This document shows, one piece after another, positions 56,642 through 64,000 of a stretch of DNA of 64,000 nt; position 1 is the stretch's first letter; each line of letters begins with the position of its first letter. Origin of the DNA: an uncultured bacterium (GTDB lineage: Bacteria; Patescibacteriota; Minisyncoccia; Phycocordibacterales; GWA1-40-21). Both the position numbers and the translations under genes were made by a program. The notes under the pieces are model-generated. The model did not search any database. It saw only the letters and a list, made by a program, of their open reading frames with translations, and was not told where the DNA came from. The stretch covers positions 46,601 through 110,600 of the forward strand of contig CAWJAN010000006.1 in assembly GCA_963840885.1 (NCBI GenBank), read 5' to 3'.

Positions 56642-56996
56642 CTTCAGTTAAGCGATCTTTAATCTGCTTGATAACAGCTTCTTTTTCTTTTTCCGCCTCA
56701 GATCTTGACTGGCTTTTTATTTTTTCCGCTATGCTTTCCGCTTCTTCTATGATGTCTTTGGCTTTTTTGCCGGCGCTATTGCGTCCTTCTGTTTGTTCCG
56801 TATTGAAGATTTTCTTCTCTTTTTCCAGCTCATCTTTCAGAGTCTCTGCCTGTTTCAGTTCGGTTTCGTCCTTTTCCACCCTGTCTACTATGGGCTTGTA
56901 TAAGAATTTGCTGAGCAACCATAAAAGCAATGCGAAATTTACGATTTGCGCCATAAGAAGTTTTACATCGATGCCGAGATTGCCTAGAAAATTCAT
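56613..56996 (-). CDS. atpF: ATP synthase Fo subunit b (short, 127 aa).
   Basis: N-terminal TM helix followed by a charged coiled coil. It lies between atpE and atpA and overlaps atpA by 29 bp. Confidence 0.65.
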   Translation of the reverse strand: MNFLGNLGIDVKLLMAQIVNFALLLWLLSKFLYKPIVDRVEKDETELKQAETLKDELEKEKKIFNTEQTEGRNSAGKKAKDIIEEAESIAEKIKSQSRSEAEKEKEAVIKQIKDRLTEVENGENNKK

Positions 56997-57012
56997 ATTT
57001 ATATGTTATTTA

Positions 57013-57228
57013 TTACGCGACAAACTTAAGAATAAGTGCCACGACAAGGGCATAAATCGCTATAGCTTCAGCAAAAGCTATAGCTATAATCATAGCAATC
57101 TGGATTTTTTCTGAATTTTCCGGATTGCGCGCCATTCCTATGAGAGCTGCTGCTCCTATCATTCCTATGGCAAGAGCCGGACCGATTGTTCCGATTGCCA
57201 TTGTAAACGCTGATGGGTTCTGAATCAT
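57013..57228 (-). CDS. atpE: ATP synthase Fo subunit c.
   Basis: Two-helix hairpin with [13 protein letters not shown]...[18 protein letters not shown], carrying the conserved carboxylate (E). Confidence 0.85.
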   Translation of the reverse strand: MIQNPSAFTMAIGTIGPALAIGMIGAAALIGMARNPENSEKIQIAMIIAIAFAEAIAIYALVVALILKFVA

Positions 57229-57243
57229 ATTTTATTTGATAAA

Positions 57244-58005
57244 TTAATTTTCTGATAAATTATGCGCACCGGACTCAAGGTGGCGCATCGTACCTGTTTT
57301 TATAAATGTTAACGTAAGTACGGCAAATATAAAAGCCTGAATCACTCCGACAAATATCTCCAGTATCATGAAAGGAACCGGTATTATATATGGGACAAGG
57401 AATGCTACGACAAGCAAAAGGACTTCTCCGGCAAACATATTGCCGAATAACCTGAATGAAAAGGACAGGACTTTTACCGCTTCTGAAATCATGTCGAAAA
57501 ACCCAAGTATGAATTTTACGGGGCCGCTGAAATCAAGAAATCTTTTTATATATCCTCTTATTCCCAGAATCTTGAGTGAAAAAAACTGTATGGACAATAC
57601 GGAAACCACTGTCAGAGCCAATGTTGTCGTAAGATCGCTATTAGGAGATCTCAGAAGCGCTATGTTCCCGCCTGGAGTTGAAACGAAAAAAGAGCCGAGA
57701 AATCCTGGTAAAAGCGCTAGAAGATTTGCTGTAACTATGAAAAGGAAGAATGTGGCCATGATTGGCAGGATTTTCTTTGATAATTCCCTGTCCCCTGTAA
57801 CACCGTCAGTAAGTCTTAGTAATTCAAATATCAGGATTCTTAATGCATTTATAACTATATTGTTGCTCTTATCCCTGTGTATATAAAAAACTATCGCAAA
57901 GATTCCCAGTATTATTGTTACAAAAATTGATGTCAAAAATGTATTGGTTACCATGACGCCAAAAACCGACAAAATATATTCCGATTTTAAACCTACATTA
58001 ATCAT
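57244..58005 (-). CDS. atpB: ATP synthase Fo subunit a.
   Basis: RLFGNMFAGE motif (essential Arg) in the penultimate helix. Confidence 0.9.
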   Translation of the reverse strand: MINVGLKSEYILSVFGVMVTNTFLTSIFVTIILGIFAIVFYIHRDKSNNIVINALRILIFELLRLTDGVTGDRELSKKILPIMATFFLFIVTANLLALLPGFLGSFFVSTPGGNIALLRSPNSDLTTTLALTVVSVLSIQFFSLKILGIRGYIKRFLDFSGPVKFILGFFDMISEAVKVLSFSFRLFGNMFAGEVLLLVVAFLVPYIIPVPFMILEIFVGVIQAFIFAVLTLTFIKTGTMRHLESGAHNLSEN

Positions 58006-58267
58006 TATTTTTTTCTTTTAGCAAAATCATAAGCTGATGGTAGACCTCGTAAATCGTGACTGAAATCCCTGTTATAGCTCCGGAAATTATAAACAAAGGG
58101 GAAGTCCTGAAGAAATTATCTAGGAGATAGCCGAAAAAAAGGAAGAGGCATAAAGGAATCGCGATAAGGAAGCCCAATTGCCAGGCGAATGACAATAAAT
58201 AAAAAGTTTTGAAATTATTTTTCTCTTTCATAAACGAAAAATGAATCGGCAACTGTTTGCATCCCAT
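57998..58267 (-). CDS. AtpI/AtpZ-like small membrane protein (putative).
   Basis: Two-TM 89-aa ORF immediately upstream of atpB, overlapping it by 8 bp. Confidence 0.4.
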   Translation of the reverse strand: MGCKQLPIHFSFMKEKNNFKTFYLLSFAWQLGFLIAIPLCLFLFFGYLLDNFFRTSPLFIISGAITGISVTIYEVYHQLMILLKEKNND

Positions 58268-58378
58268 TTATCATTATACTCGCCTAGCGGACATTGGCAA
58301 AATTTTAAAGCAAAATATTCATTAAAATTCAAAAAATCTCGCATAATTGGCGATTTATAAGTATATATTTACTAATTG

Positions 58379-58449
58379 TCGGAGTGCCGGGATTTGAACC
58401 CGGATCGCATGCTCCCAAAGCATGAATGCTACCGTTACACTACACTCCG
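58379..58449 (-). tRNA. tRNA-Pro (anticodon TGG).
   Basis: The reverse complement is CGGAGTG TA GTGTAACGGTAGCAT T CATGC TTTGGGA GCATG CGAT CCGGGTTCAAATCCCGG CACTCCG A. The C1:G72 pair with A73 is typical of bacterial tRNA-Pro. Confidence 0.85.
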
Positions 58450-58512
58450 ATATCCGAAAAATACTAACACAAAAGGATTGATTAGGCGAGAAAAAACGTT
58501 AAAAAACCTTAA

Positions 58513-60042
58513 TTATTCGACTCTATGCGACTTTCTTATTTCTTTTACTTCTCCCTCATTTTCTTCCTCCTTTTTCTTTTTGCCTTCCTCGCCAAGAGCT
58601 TCCAGTTCTTTTTCCGGCAATTTAAACAATTCAAGCGATCTTTTTTCCAAATATTCGTCTGTGTTCAATTTCGGATCTTCAAGGACATCTTCCAAAAGAG
58701 CGTGCAAAACATATCCGAGCCTTGGGCCGGGATTTTCCCCGGAAATTTTAATGAGTTTCTTGCCGTCCATTTTAAGCATTCCTACGGATATAGGGTCGCG
58801 TAGAGCTTCTTCTATCATTGCGTGATATTTCCTGAGTCTGTAAGGATCGGCTTTAGGCCTTCCCATTCCCTTTCTGTCCGAAACGCGCAGATTCATCAGA
58901 TCCCATATGTTTTCTTTCCCTATTTTGGCTATGACTCTTCTTACGGCGGACAGAGTGATGGTTGAGGTATCGGAGAAAAACATATGCATTCTAACGAGTT
59001 TTTTGACCTTTTCAATAGTTTTTTGCGGATATCTAAGATCCTGAAGTATTTTTTCCGCCATTCTTGCTCCGACCACTTCGTGTCCATAAAAAGTCCATTC
59101 TTTTTGGCCTTCTTCTCCCTTCCTTCTGGCCTTAGGTTTTCCTATATCGTGAAAAAGCGAGGCCAATCTCAAATCCAAATCCCAATTTTCATCTGCTGAA
59201 TGCTGTACCGCGCGCAAAGTATGTTCCCAGACATCGTAAACATGCGCTCCTCCCTGGGCGACTCCGACCATCTTTTCCAATTCCGGAGAAATATAATTTA
59301 ATATTCCGAATTTTCTGCAGAGTTCAAGCCCGCGCATAGGGTGCGTAGACATTATTATTTTCGTAAACTCATCACGGATCCTTTCTTTGGAAATTTTTTC
59401 CAAAAGTTTTGATTCTTTTTTAATGGCTTCTTCCGTTTCCTTGTCTATTTTGAATCCTTCGTAATTGGCAAATCTTATGGCTCTCAAAATTCTGAGCCCG
59501 TCTTCACTGAATCTTTCTTCCGGATTACCAACTGTCTTTAATACCTTATTCTTCAAATCTTCTTGTCCTTTATATGGATCAACTATTTGTCCGTTATAAA
59601 AATCTTCTTTATTTACCTTGTCTTTTATATCAAGAGCAATAGCATTTATCGTAAAATCTCTTCTTTTCAAATCATCGTCCAGTTTTTTGCTGAAAATAAC
59701 CTTATCCGGCCTTCTTTGGTCGGAATATTCCGATTCAAGCCTGTATGGAGTAACTTCAATAACCTTAACCGTTTCATCTGCCTGCCCGGCCAGGGAAACG
59801 GAATCGTTCACCACGCCGACAGTTCCGTAAACATTTTCATAAAACGTTTCAGGAAATATCTTTATTATTTCTTCAGGTATGGCATTTGTAGTAAAATCCC
59901 AGTCTTTTGGCTTTATGCCGAGCAAAAGATCCCTGACGCATCCACCTATAAGATAGGCTTCAAATCCGGCGTTTTTCAGCTTATTTGAGGTGTCCCAGAC
60001 CTCTTTGGGTATGGGTCCGTACTCTTCTAGAGTTTTGTTCAT
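58513..60042 (-). CDS. cca: CCA-adding tRNA nucleotidyltransferase with a C-terminal HD domain.
   Basis: GGCVRDLLLG / DWDFTT head-domain motifs and a C-terminal HD (HDIGKP). Neighbouring tRNAs lack an encoded CCA. Confidence 0.85.
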   Translation of the reverse strand: MNKTLEEYGPIPKEVWDTSNKLKNAGFEAYLIGGCVRDLLLGIKPKDWDFTTNAIPEEIIKIFPETFYENVYGTVGVVNDSVSLAGQADETVKVIEVTPYRLESEYSDQRRPDKVIFSKKLDDDLKRRDFTINAIALDIKDKVNKEDFYNGQIVDPYKGQEDLKNKVLKTVGNPEERFSEDGLRILRAIRFANYEGFKIDKETEEAIKKESKLLEKISKERIRDEFTKIIMSTHPMRGLELCRKFGILNYISPELEKMVGVAQGGAHVYDVWEHTLRAVQHSADENWDLDLRLASLFHDIGKPKARRKGEEGQKEWTFYGHEVVGARMAEKILQDLRYPQKTIEKVKKLVRMHMFFSDTSTITLSAVRRVIAKIGKENIWDLMNLRVSDRKGMGRPKADPYRLRKYHAMIEEALRDPISVGMLKMDGKKLIKISGENPGPRLGYVLHALLEDVLEDPKLNTDEYLEKRSLELFKLPEKELEALGEEGKKKKEEENEGEVKEIRKSHRVE

Positions 60043-60062
60043 TTACTTATTGTTTTTATTTG

Positions 60063-60133
60063 TGCGGGCAGGGTGAATCGGACACCCGACCGAAGTTTGG
60101 AAAACTTCTGTTTTACCACTAAACTATGCCCGC
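60063..60133 (-). tRNA. tRNA-Gly (anticodon TCC).
   Basis: The reverse complement is GCGGGCA TA GTTTAGTGGTAAAAC A GAAGT TTTCCAA ACTTC GGTC GGGTGTCCGATTCACCC TGCCCGC A. Confidence 0.85.
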
Positions 60134-60289
60134 AAAACTGGGAACATTATACATAAAATACGGATTTTTTCAAAATAAAAAATGGCCACGCTCTAGATTG
60201 CGTGGCCCATTCCAATTTTCCGTTAGCTACTCGAAAAATAAGAACGCCGCTGTTATTTTTGCTTTCTCCATCCGCGAAACGCTGGAGAA

Positions 60290-60640
60290 ATCCTATCCTT
60301 CCCTGTTTTCTGGCTTGGGTAGGAAATAGTTGCCGATTCCGCATTGGTCTGCTGGGCACGGAACAACCCCTCATCTTTGTTTTTTGTACCGGTACAAGAG
60401 CGAAAACCTACCTCATTGTTTAAGGCACAAAGAGTTAAGCCTTTGAAACTTTTTCCTATTATTTTCGCCTCAGAGAAAGCTGGAAACGTCTCCAAAACCG
60501 CTAACGAGGCTAGCCCCTTTTAACTGCATTGGCACCAGTAAGTGACTCCTATTTTATTTCGCCTATAAGCTTAGAGCCTATACTACACGCTTAGTCGGCT
60601 AACCCATGTTATGGTGTTGGGTAGAACACTCGGAGATCGA
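60290..60640 (+). ncRNA. Candidate structured ncRNA in a ~700-bp ORF-free region. It may be a divergent RNase P-like RNA. This call is very tentative.
   Basis: No credible ORF lies between 60134 and 60835. Several RNase P-like islands are present. 'ggtAGGAAAtagttgccg' (60318) resembles the P4 5' strand, and 'tcggctaaccc' (60595) can pair with it (GUUGCCG / CGGCUAAC). 'GGCACGGAACAACCCCTC' (60354) and 'AGAGCGAAAACC' (60397) resemble the CGGUAAACCCC / GAGCAAG-AACC J11-12 region. The spacing is atypical. Confidence 0.2.
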
Positions 60641-60795
60641 TGAACACCTTCTTCCCTTAGTTATCAAATCTACTGATACTCGCTCTTGAGCTCCAAACAG
60701 AGCGACAAAAAGAAAAGAATTTTGTGGTGTTGCTTACATATTATCAAATACATATTTAAATCAAATTTATTTTTGTTTATAAAATGTTTACAGCT

Positions 60796-60823
60796 TTGAT
60801 TTATTGAATTTTTAGCGTATATT
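60796..60823 (+). promoter_or_regulatory. Candidate sigma70-like promoter (TTGATT-N16-TATATT) upstream of tRNA-Arg(TCG).
   Basis: Read from the sequence. The predicted TSS is a few nt before the tRNA 5' end. Confidence 0.35.
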
Positions 60824-60835
60824 ATCGCAGTATAA

Positions 60836-60907
60836 GCACCCGTAGTGAAATGGATATCACAACAGTCTTCGGAACTGTCGTTGGGGGTTCGAATCCTCCC
60901 GGGTGCA
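60836..60907 (+). tRNA. tRNA-Arg (anticodon TCG).
   Basis: GCACCCG TA GTGAAATGGATATCAC A ACAGT CTTCGGA ACTGT CGTTG GGGGGTTCGAATCCTCC CGGGTGC A. Confidence 0.8.
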
Positions 60908-61526
60908 CAAATTGCAAACAGTTGAAAAACCACTCCTATCCTAAGGCGGTTTTCTTTTGCAATTTGTGAGACGGACGAGCAGAGCGAGGAGTCGGGACCG
61001 ACGGCTTTTCTTTGAGTTCACGAGAAGAAAAAGCTGTTGGCCAAAACAAAAAATATTATTTTATATTTCTCTCCCCTATTTTTATTTTTTAATTCCAAAA
61101 ACTCAAAAATTTTTAACGGACATTAAAAAAATGTGCTAAAATGTTTTTTTAATCCCCAATTCTATTTTGGCCTTATTTTAAGAGCTTTTTTTGACCTAAA
61201 CTGTGGATAACTCTGTGTATATGTGAATTAAAGACAGCTTATCGGACTATTACAAAATTCTTATTTTTAGCGTCTTTTATTAAAAATATGGCTCTAAATA
61301 ATGGTATTATATGAAGTACGTCCTTTTGAAATAAAAAGTCCTATTAAAAACGTTTCTAAGAAACGTTTTTAACGTTTCATGTGAAAAGAATCAACTAAAA
61401 GATAAGATTTTATTGGTTTAAATATCATGATAATTATCTTCCGATATAATATATGTTTAATAACAAGGATATTATGACAATTTCTATATTAGACAAAAAA
61501 TTGTTACTATATAAGCCAATAAGACA

Positions 61527-61925
61527 ATGGATAATAAATATAATACTAAAATTACAGGTAATCTAGGAGAAGATCTTGCTTGTAGATACATTGAAACAAA
61601 GGGATTTAGCATTATAAAAAGAAACTATTGGAAAAAATGGGGAGAAATAGACATAATAGCTGAAAAGAATAGGGAAACACATTTTATAGAAGTTAAAAGT
61701 GTTTCATGTGAAAACATTGACGATATAACAGATAAAACTAACGATTACAGGCCTGAAGATAATATGCATCCCTGGAAACTTCAGAGACTGGCTAGAACAA
61801 TACAATCATATATTGCCGAAAACGATGTTTTAGGTGAAACATGGCATTTTGATCTAATAACAGTATATATGGATCGTAAAAAGCTTATTTCTAAGATAAA
61901 TATGCTTGAAAACATCGTTTTATAG
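61527..61925 (+). CDS. yraN: YraN-family (UPF0102) endonuclease.
   Basis: GNLGEDLACRYIETKGFSIIKRNYWKKWGEIDIIAEK...HFIEVKS matches the YraN signature GE..A..YL...G..IL.RN.R...GEIDLIA. Confidence 0.85.
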   Translation: MDNKYNTKITGNLGEDLACRYIETKGFSIIKRNYWKKWGEIDIIAEKNRETHFIEVKSVSCENIDDITDKTNDYRPEDNMHPWKLQRLARTIQSYIAENDVLGETWHFDLITVYMDRKKLISKINMLENIVL

Positions 61926-62397
61926 GGTGTTTCACACGAAACGTTATATAAAAAGCCTTATTTTACAACAAAAAACCGCCTGTAAGACGTTTTTGAGCAA
62001 AAGGTCTTGCAGACGGTGCGAAGGGGTAAGTTCCGCGATAATTTATTTCCAAACATCAAACCATTTTCAAATATAAAATTTAAGTGAGAATGATGTGTAA
62101 GCGAAGACGAAATAAGATATCACCGAGCTATCCTTTCATTTCGAAAGTTAGCTAAACTTTCTTAAAGATCAATATTGGATTTAAGACACTTGGAGTTTTA
62201 ATAGAACAATCCAGTTGCAAAGATTCTTCTATTCGTGTCCAACCAATTCCGATTACAAGTATATGTCCTTTATTAAGCAGTGTAAAGGACATAATTGTGG
62301 ATAACTTGACAAAAGGACATTATACTTAAAAGACATGCATTTTATGGCTCTAAATAATGATATCTTATTATATTGACTTGCCTAAAATAATGTAAAT

Positions 62398-62427
62398 TTG
62401 ACAGGAAATTGAGCGGAGGAGTATAAT
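62398..62427 (+). promoter_or_regulatory. Strong consensus sigma70-type promoter TTGACA-N18-TATAAT with no annotated gene downstream.
   Basis: ttgaca at 62398..62403 and tataat at 62422..62427. TSS predicted at about 62434. Confidence 0.5.
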
Positions 62428-62433
62428 ACTAAT

Positions 62434-62733
62434 GTAGATCTTCGGCAACGTTTGATCTGCAAGTCGGTTCGGCAGGATCGACAGTTCTCTCGGAAATATT
62501 TTCATTCTTTGAAATACTTTCCAGTGTTGGTGCGATTCGCAAATGCCTTCCGGCTACCACACTCTAATCATATCGCCACCGTTCTTTCAAATCGACATTC
62601 ATAATCAATATTTAATATTTTTTCCTTCCTCTTTTTTTTCTTCCATTCTCTTATTCCTTTCTACCTTTTCGTTCTTTCGTTCCTTTCATTGATTATCTTT
62701 GTCGTCCGGCACCAATAGGTGGCCGGTTTTTTT
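62434..62733 (+). ncRNA. Candidate ~300-nt transcript bounded by a consensus promoter and an intrinsic terminator. The 5' half is structured and the 3' half is CU-rich. It is either an ncRNA or a 49-aa hydrophobic micro-protein gene.
   Basis: No ORF of 60 aa or more on either strand between 61930 and 62760. The terminator ccggcacc-aata-ggtggccgg plus TTTTTTT lies at 62706..62733. A ~110-nt pyrimidine tract runs 62620..62700. The only ATG ORF (62528..62677) encodes MPSGYHTLIISPPFFQIDIHNQYLIFFPSSFFSSILLFLSTFSFFRSFH. Confidence 0.3.
62706..62733 (+). terminator. Rho-independent terminator.
   Basis: ccggcacc aata ggtggccgg followed by seven T residues. Confidence 0.6.
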
Positions 62734-62760
62734 ATGTAAAATAACCCTTAAAATAAGGTT

Positions 62761-63528
62761 TTATTTCAATTCAAGTAAAACTGGAGCATGATCTGAACCT
62801 AAAATATTATCAAAAATTTCAGCTTTCTTGATTCTGTCTTTCATATTTTTTGAAACGAAGAAATAATCTATCCTCCAGCCGACATTTCTGTCGCGCGCAA
62901 AAGATTTCATATCCCACCAGCTGTATATTCCAGATTTATCCGGATGAAAAAATCTAAACGTATCTATAAATCCTTCTTTTACTACTTCGTCCAACCATTT
63001 CCTCTCTTCCGGTAAAAATCCAGAAGTTTTCTGATTTTCCTTCGGCCGGGCAAGGTCGATTTCCATATGTGCCGTATTCACATCACCGCAAAACACTATA
63101 TTTTTAGCCATTTTTTCAAGCTTTTTCAAAAATTTTAGATATGCGCTGTAGAATTCAATCTTGAATGCCAAACGTTCAGGACCTTGGCCGCCGTTCGGAA
63201 AATAGGTATTTAAAAGAATAAAATCCTTGTAGTGGGCGACCAGAGTTCTGCCCTCCTGATCGAACTTTTTTATGCCGATTCCGTATTCTACTTTCTCTGG
63301 CTTTATTTTTGAAAAAATTGCCACGCCGCTATATCCTTTTTTAAGTTTTGAATGGTCAAAATAAGAAAAATATCCGGCAGGGTAGCGGACTTCGTCCGGA
63401 AGCTGGTCTTCATGGGCTTTTGTTTCCTGAAGACAGATGATATCCGGATCAAGCTCAAAAACAGAACCTAGAGCGCCTTTTTTATGAACCGCTCGCAAAC
63501 CGTTTACGTTCCAGGAAATGAGTTTCAT
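62761..63528 (-). CDS. xth: Exodeoxyribonuclease III.
   Basis: MKLISWNVNGLRA N-terminus, LQETK, and the C-terminal SDHAPV motif. Confidence 0.9.
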   Translation of the reverse strand: MKLISWNVNGLRAVHKKGALGSVFELDPDIICLQETKAHEDQLPDEVRYPAGYFSYFDHSKLKKGYSGVAIFSKIKPEKVEYGIGIKKFDQEGRTLVAHYKDFILLNTYFPNGGQGPERLAFKIEFYSAYLKFLKKLEKMAKNIVFCGDVNTAHMEIDLARPKENQKTSGFLPEERKWLDEVVKEGFIDTFRFFHPDKSGIYSWWDMKSFARDRNVGWRIDYFFVSKNMKDRIKKAEIFDNILGSDHAPVLLELK

Positions 63529-63558
63529 ACGGCAATTATATCATATTTAAGCCATATA

Positions 63559-63996
63559 TCAGGCCACTTTTTCCTTTTTTTTCTTGGTAGAAGCGGATTG
63601 CATATTTTCTATCTGATTCCTGATTTCCTTTATTCCGGCAAGGGCTTTTTCCTTGCTTCCTCCCATATCATCTACATCATCGCCTATCCATCCGCCGTTT
63701 TCTATAAGAGATTCGAATATTTCTTCTTTGCCGTGCTGTCCTGGGTCTCCAACTACAATCGGTATGAAATTTTTATGATGCAGGCATTCTCCGAGAAATT
63801 TTCTGGCATTGGTCCAGGAATTTTTTACCTGTATATCGGCAACTCCCGGCACATTTTCTATGACAATATCCTTGCCTTTGTCGCCGAATCCGCCTACGAT
63901 TTTTCCGCCCAAAAGCTCGGCATAAGATTTTTCAAGCTCCGTTCCGCGGAATTCTGCAGATTCAACCGTGAAAGATTCCAGTCCTTTTTTATTCAT
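63559..63996 (-). CDS. Hypothetical protein.
   Basis: 145-aa ORF with a K-rich C-terminal tail. Confidence 0.45.
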   Translation of the reverse strand: MNKKGLESFTVESAEFRGTELEKSYAELLGGKIVGGFGDKGKDIVIENVPGVADIQVKNSWTNARKFLGECLHHKNFIPIVVGDPGQHGKEEIFESLIENGGWIGDDVDDMGGSKEKALAGIKEIRNQIENMQSASTKKKKEKVA

Positions 63997-64000
63997 AAAA

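Noticed and set aside
56013-57886. Plus-strand ORFs of 163, 183 and 172 aa
   Set aside because: They are antisense to atpA, atpF, atpE and atpB. Frame artefacts.

Overview
This is an AT-rich, gene-dense bacterial chromosomal segment (roughly 35–38% GC by eye), and most genes are on the minus strand. I see no rRNA, no CRISPR array, no integrase and no transposase.

The gene content is that of a small-genome monoderm bacterium, probably a Patescibacteria/CPR-like lineage. That is an inference from the small housekeeping proteins, weak or absent Shine-Dalgarno sequences, tRNAs without an encoded CCA next to a cca gene, type IV pilus pilMNO genes, a sortase with an LPXTG substrate, and giant repeat-rich surface proteins.

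Core genes present:
- Energy and central metabolism: an F-type ATP synthase operon (atpI-like, atpB, atpE, atpF, atpA, atpG, atpD, atpC, with no separate delta gene), tpiA, a partial class I fba, ppa and nadK.
- DNA repair and nucleases: recJ, ruvA, a ruvX/yqgF fusion, mutM, xth and yraN.
- RNA, tRNA and ribosome: rny, cca, rsmE, trmH/spoU, rluA, rplS and rpsT.
- Other housekeeping: clpP, msrA, msrB, mscL, hup, acpP, a DedA-family protein, a PduO-type adenosyltransferase, and a murE-like Mur ligase.
- tRNAs: eleven genes (His, Leu, Val, Arg-TCT, Ser, Arg-GCG, Lys, Gly-GCC, Pro, Gly-TCC, Arg-TCG).

The accessory content is dominated by a roughly 15-kb cell-surface locus (250..15079) of three secreted proteins: 563 aa, 2913 aa and 1438 aa. 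The first and third share a paralogous C-terminal multi-TM anchor module. The middle giant protein combines LVIVD-type beta-propeller repeats, tail-fibre-like 'IGTTTP' repeats, a 734-bp perfectly duplicated Gly-rich module, and a C-terminal phage-tailspike-type intramolecular-chaperone domain (peptidase S74-like) followed by an S/T/D-rich tail.

Other notable features are:
- a frameshifted sortase next to an LPNTG-anchored protein with an ice-binding-like domain (DUF3494) plus DUF11-like repeats;
- a freestanding HNH nuclease cassette flanked by perfect 37-bp direct repeats;
- tRNA 3'-end remnants and shared palindromic elements at tRNA genes;
- two unannotated, structured non-coding regions: a possible divergent RNase P-like RNA, and a promoter/terminator-bounded ~300-nt transcript with a CU-rich tail.
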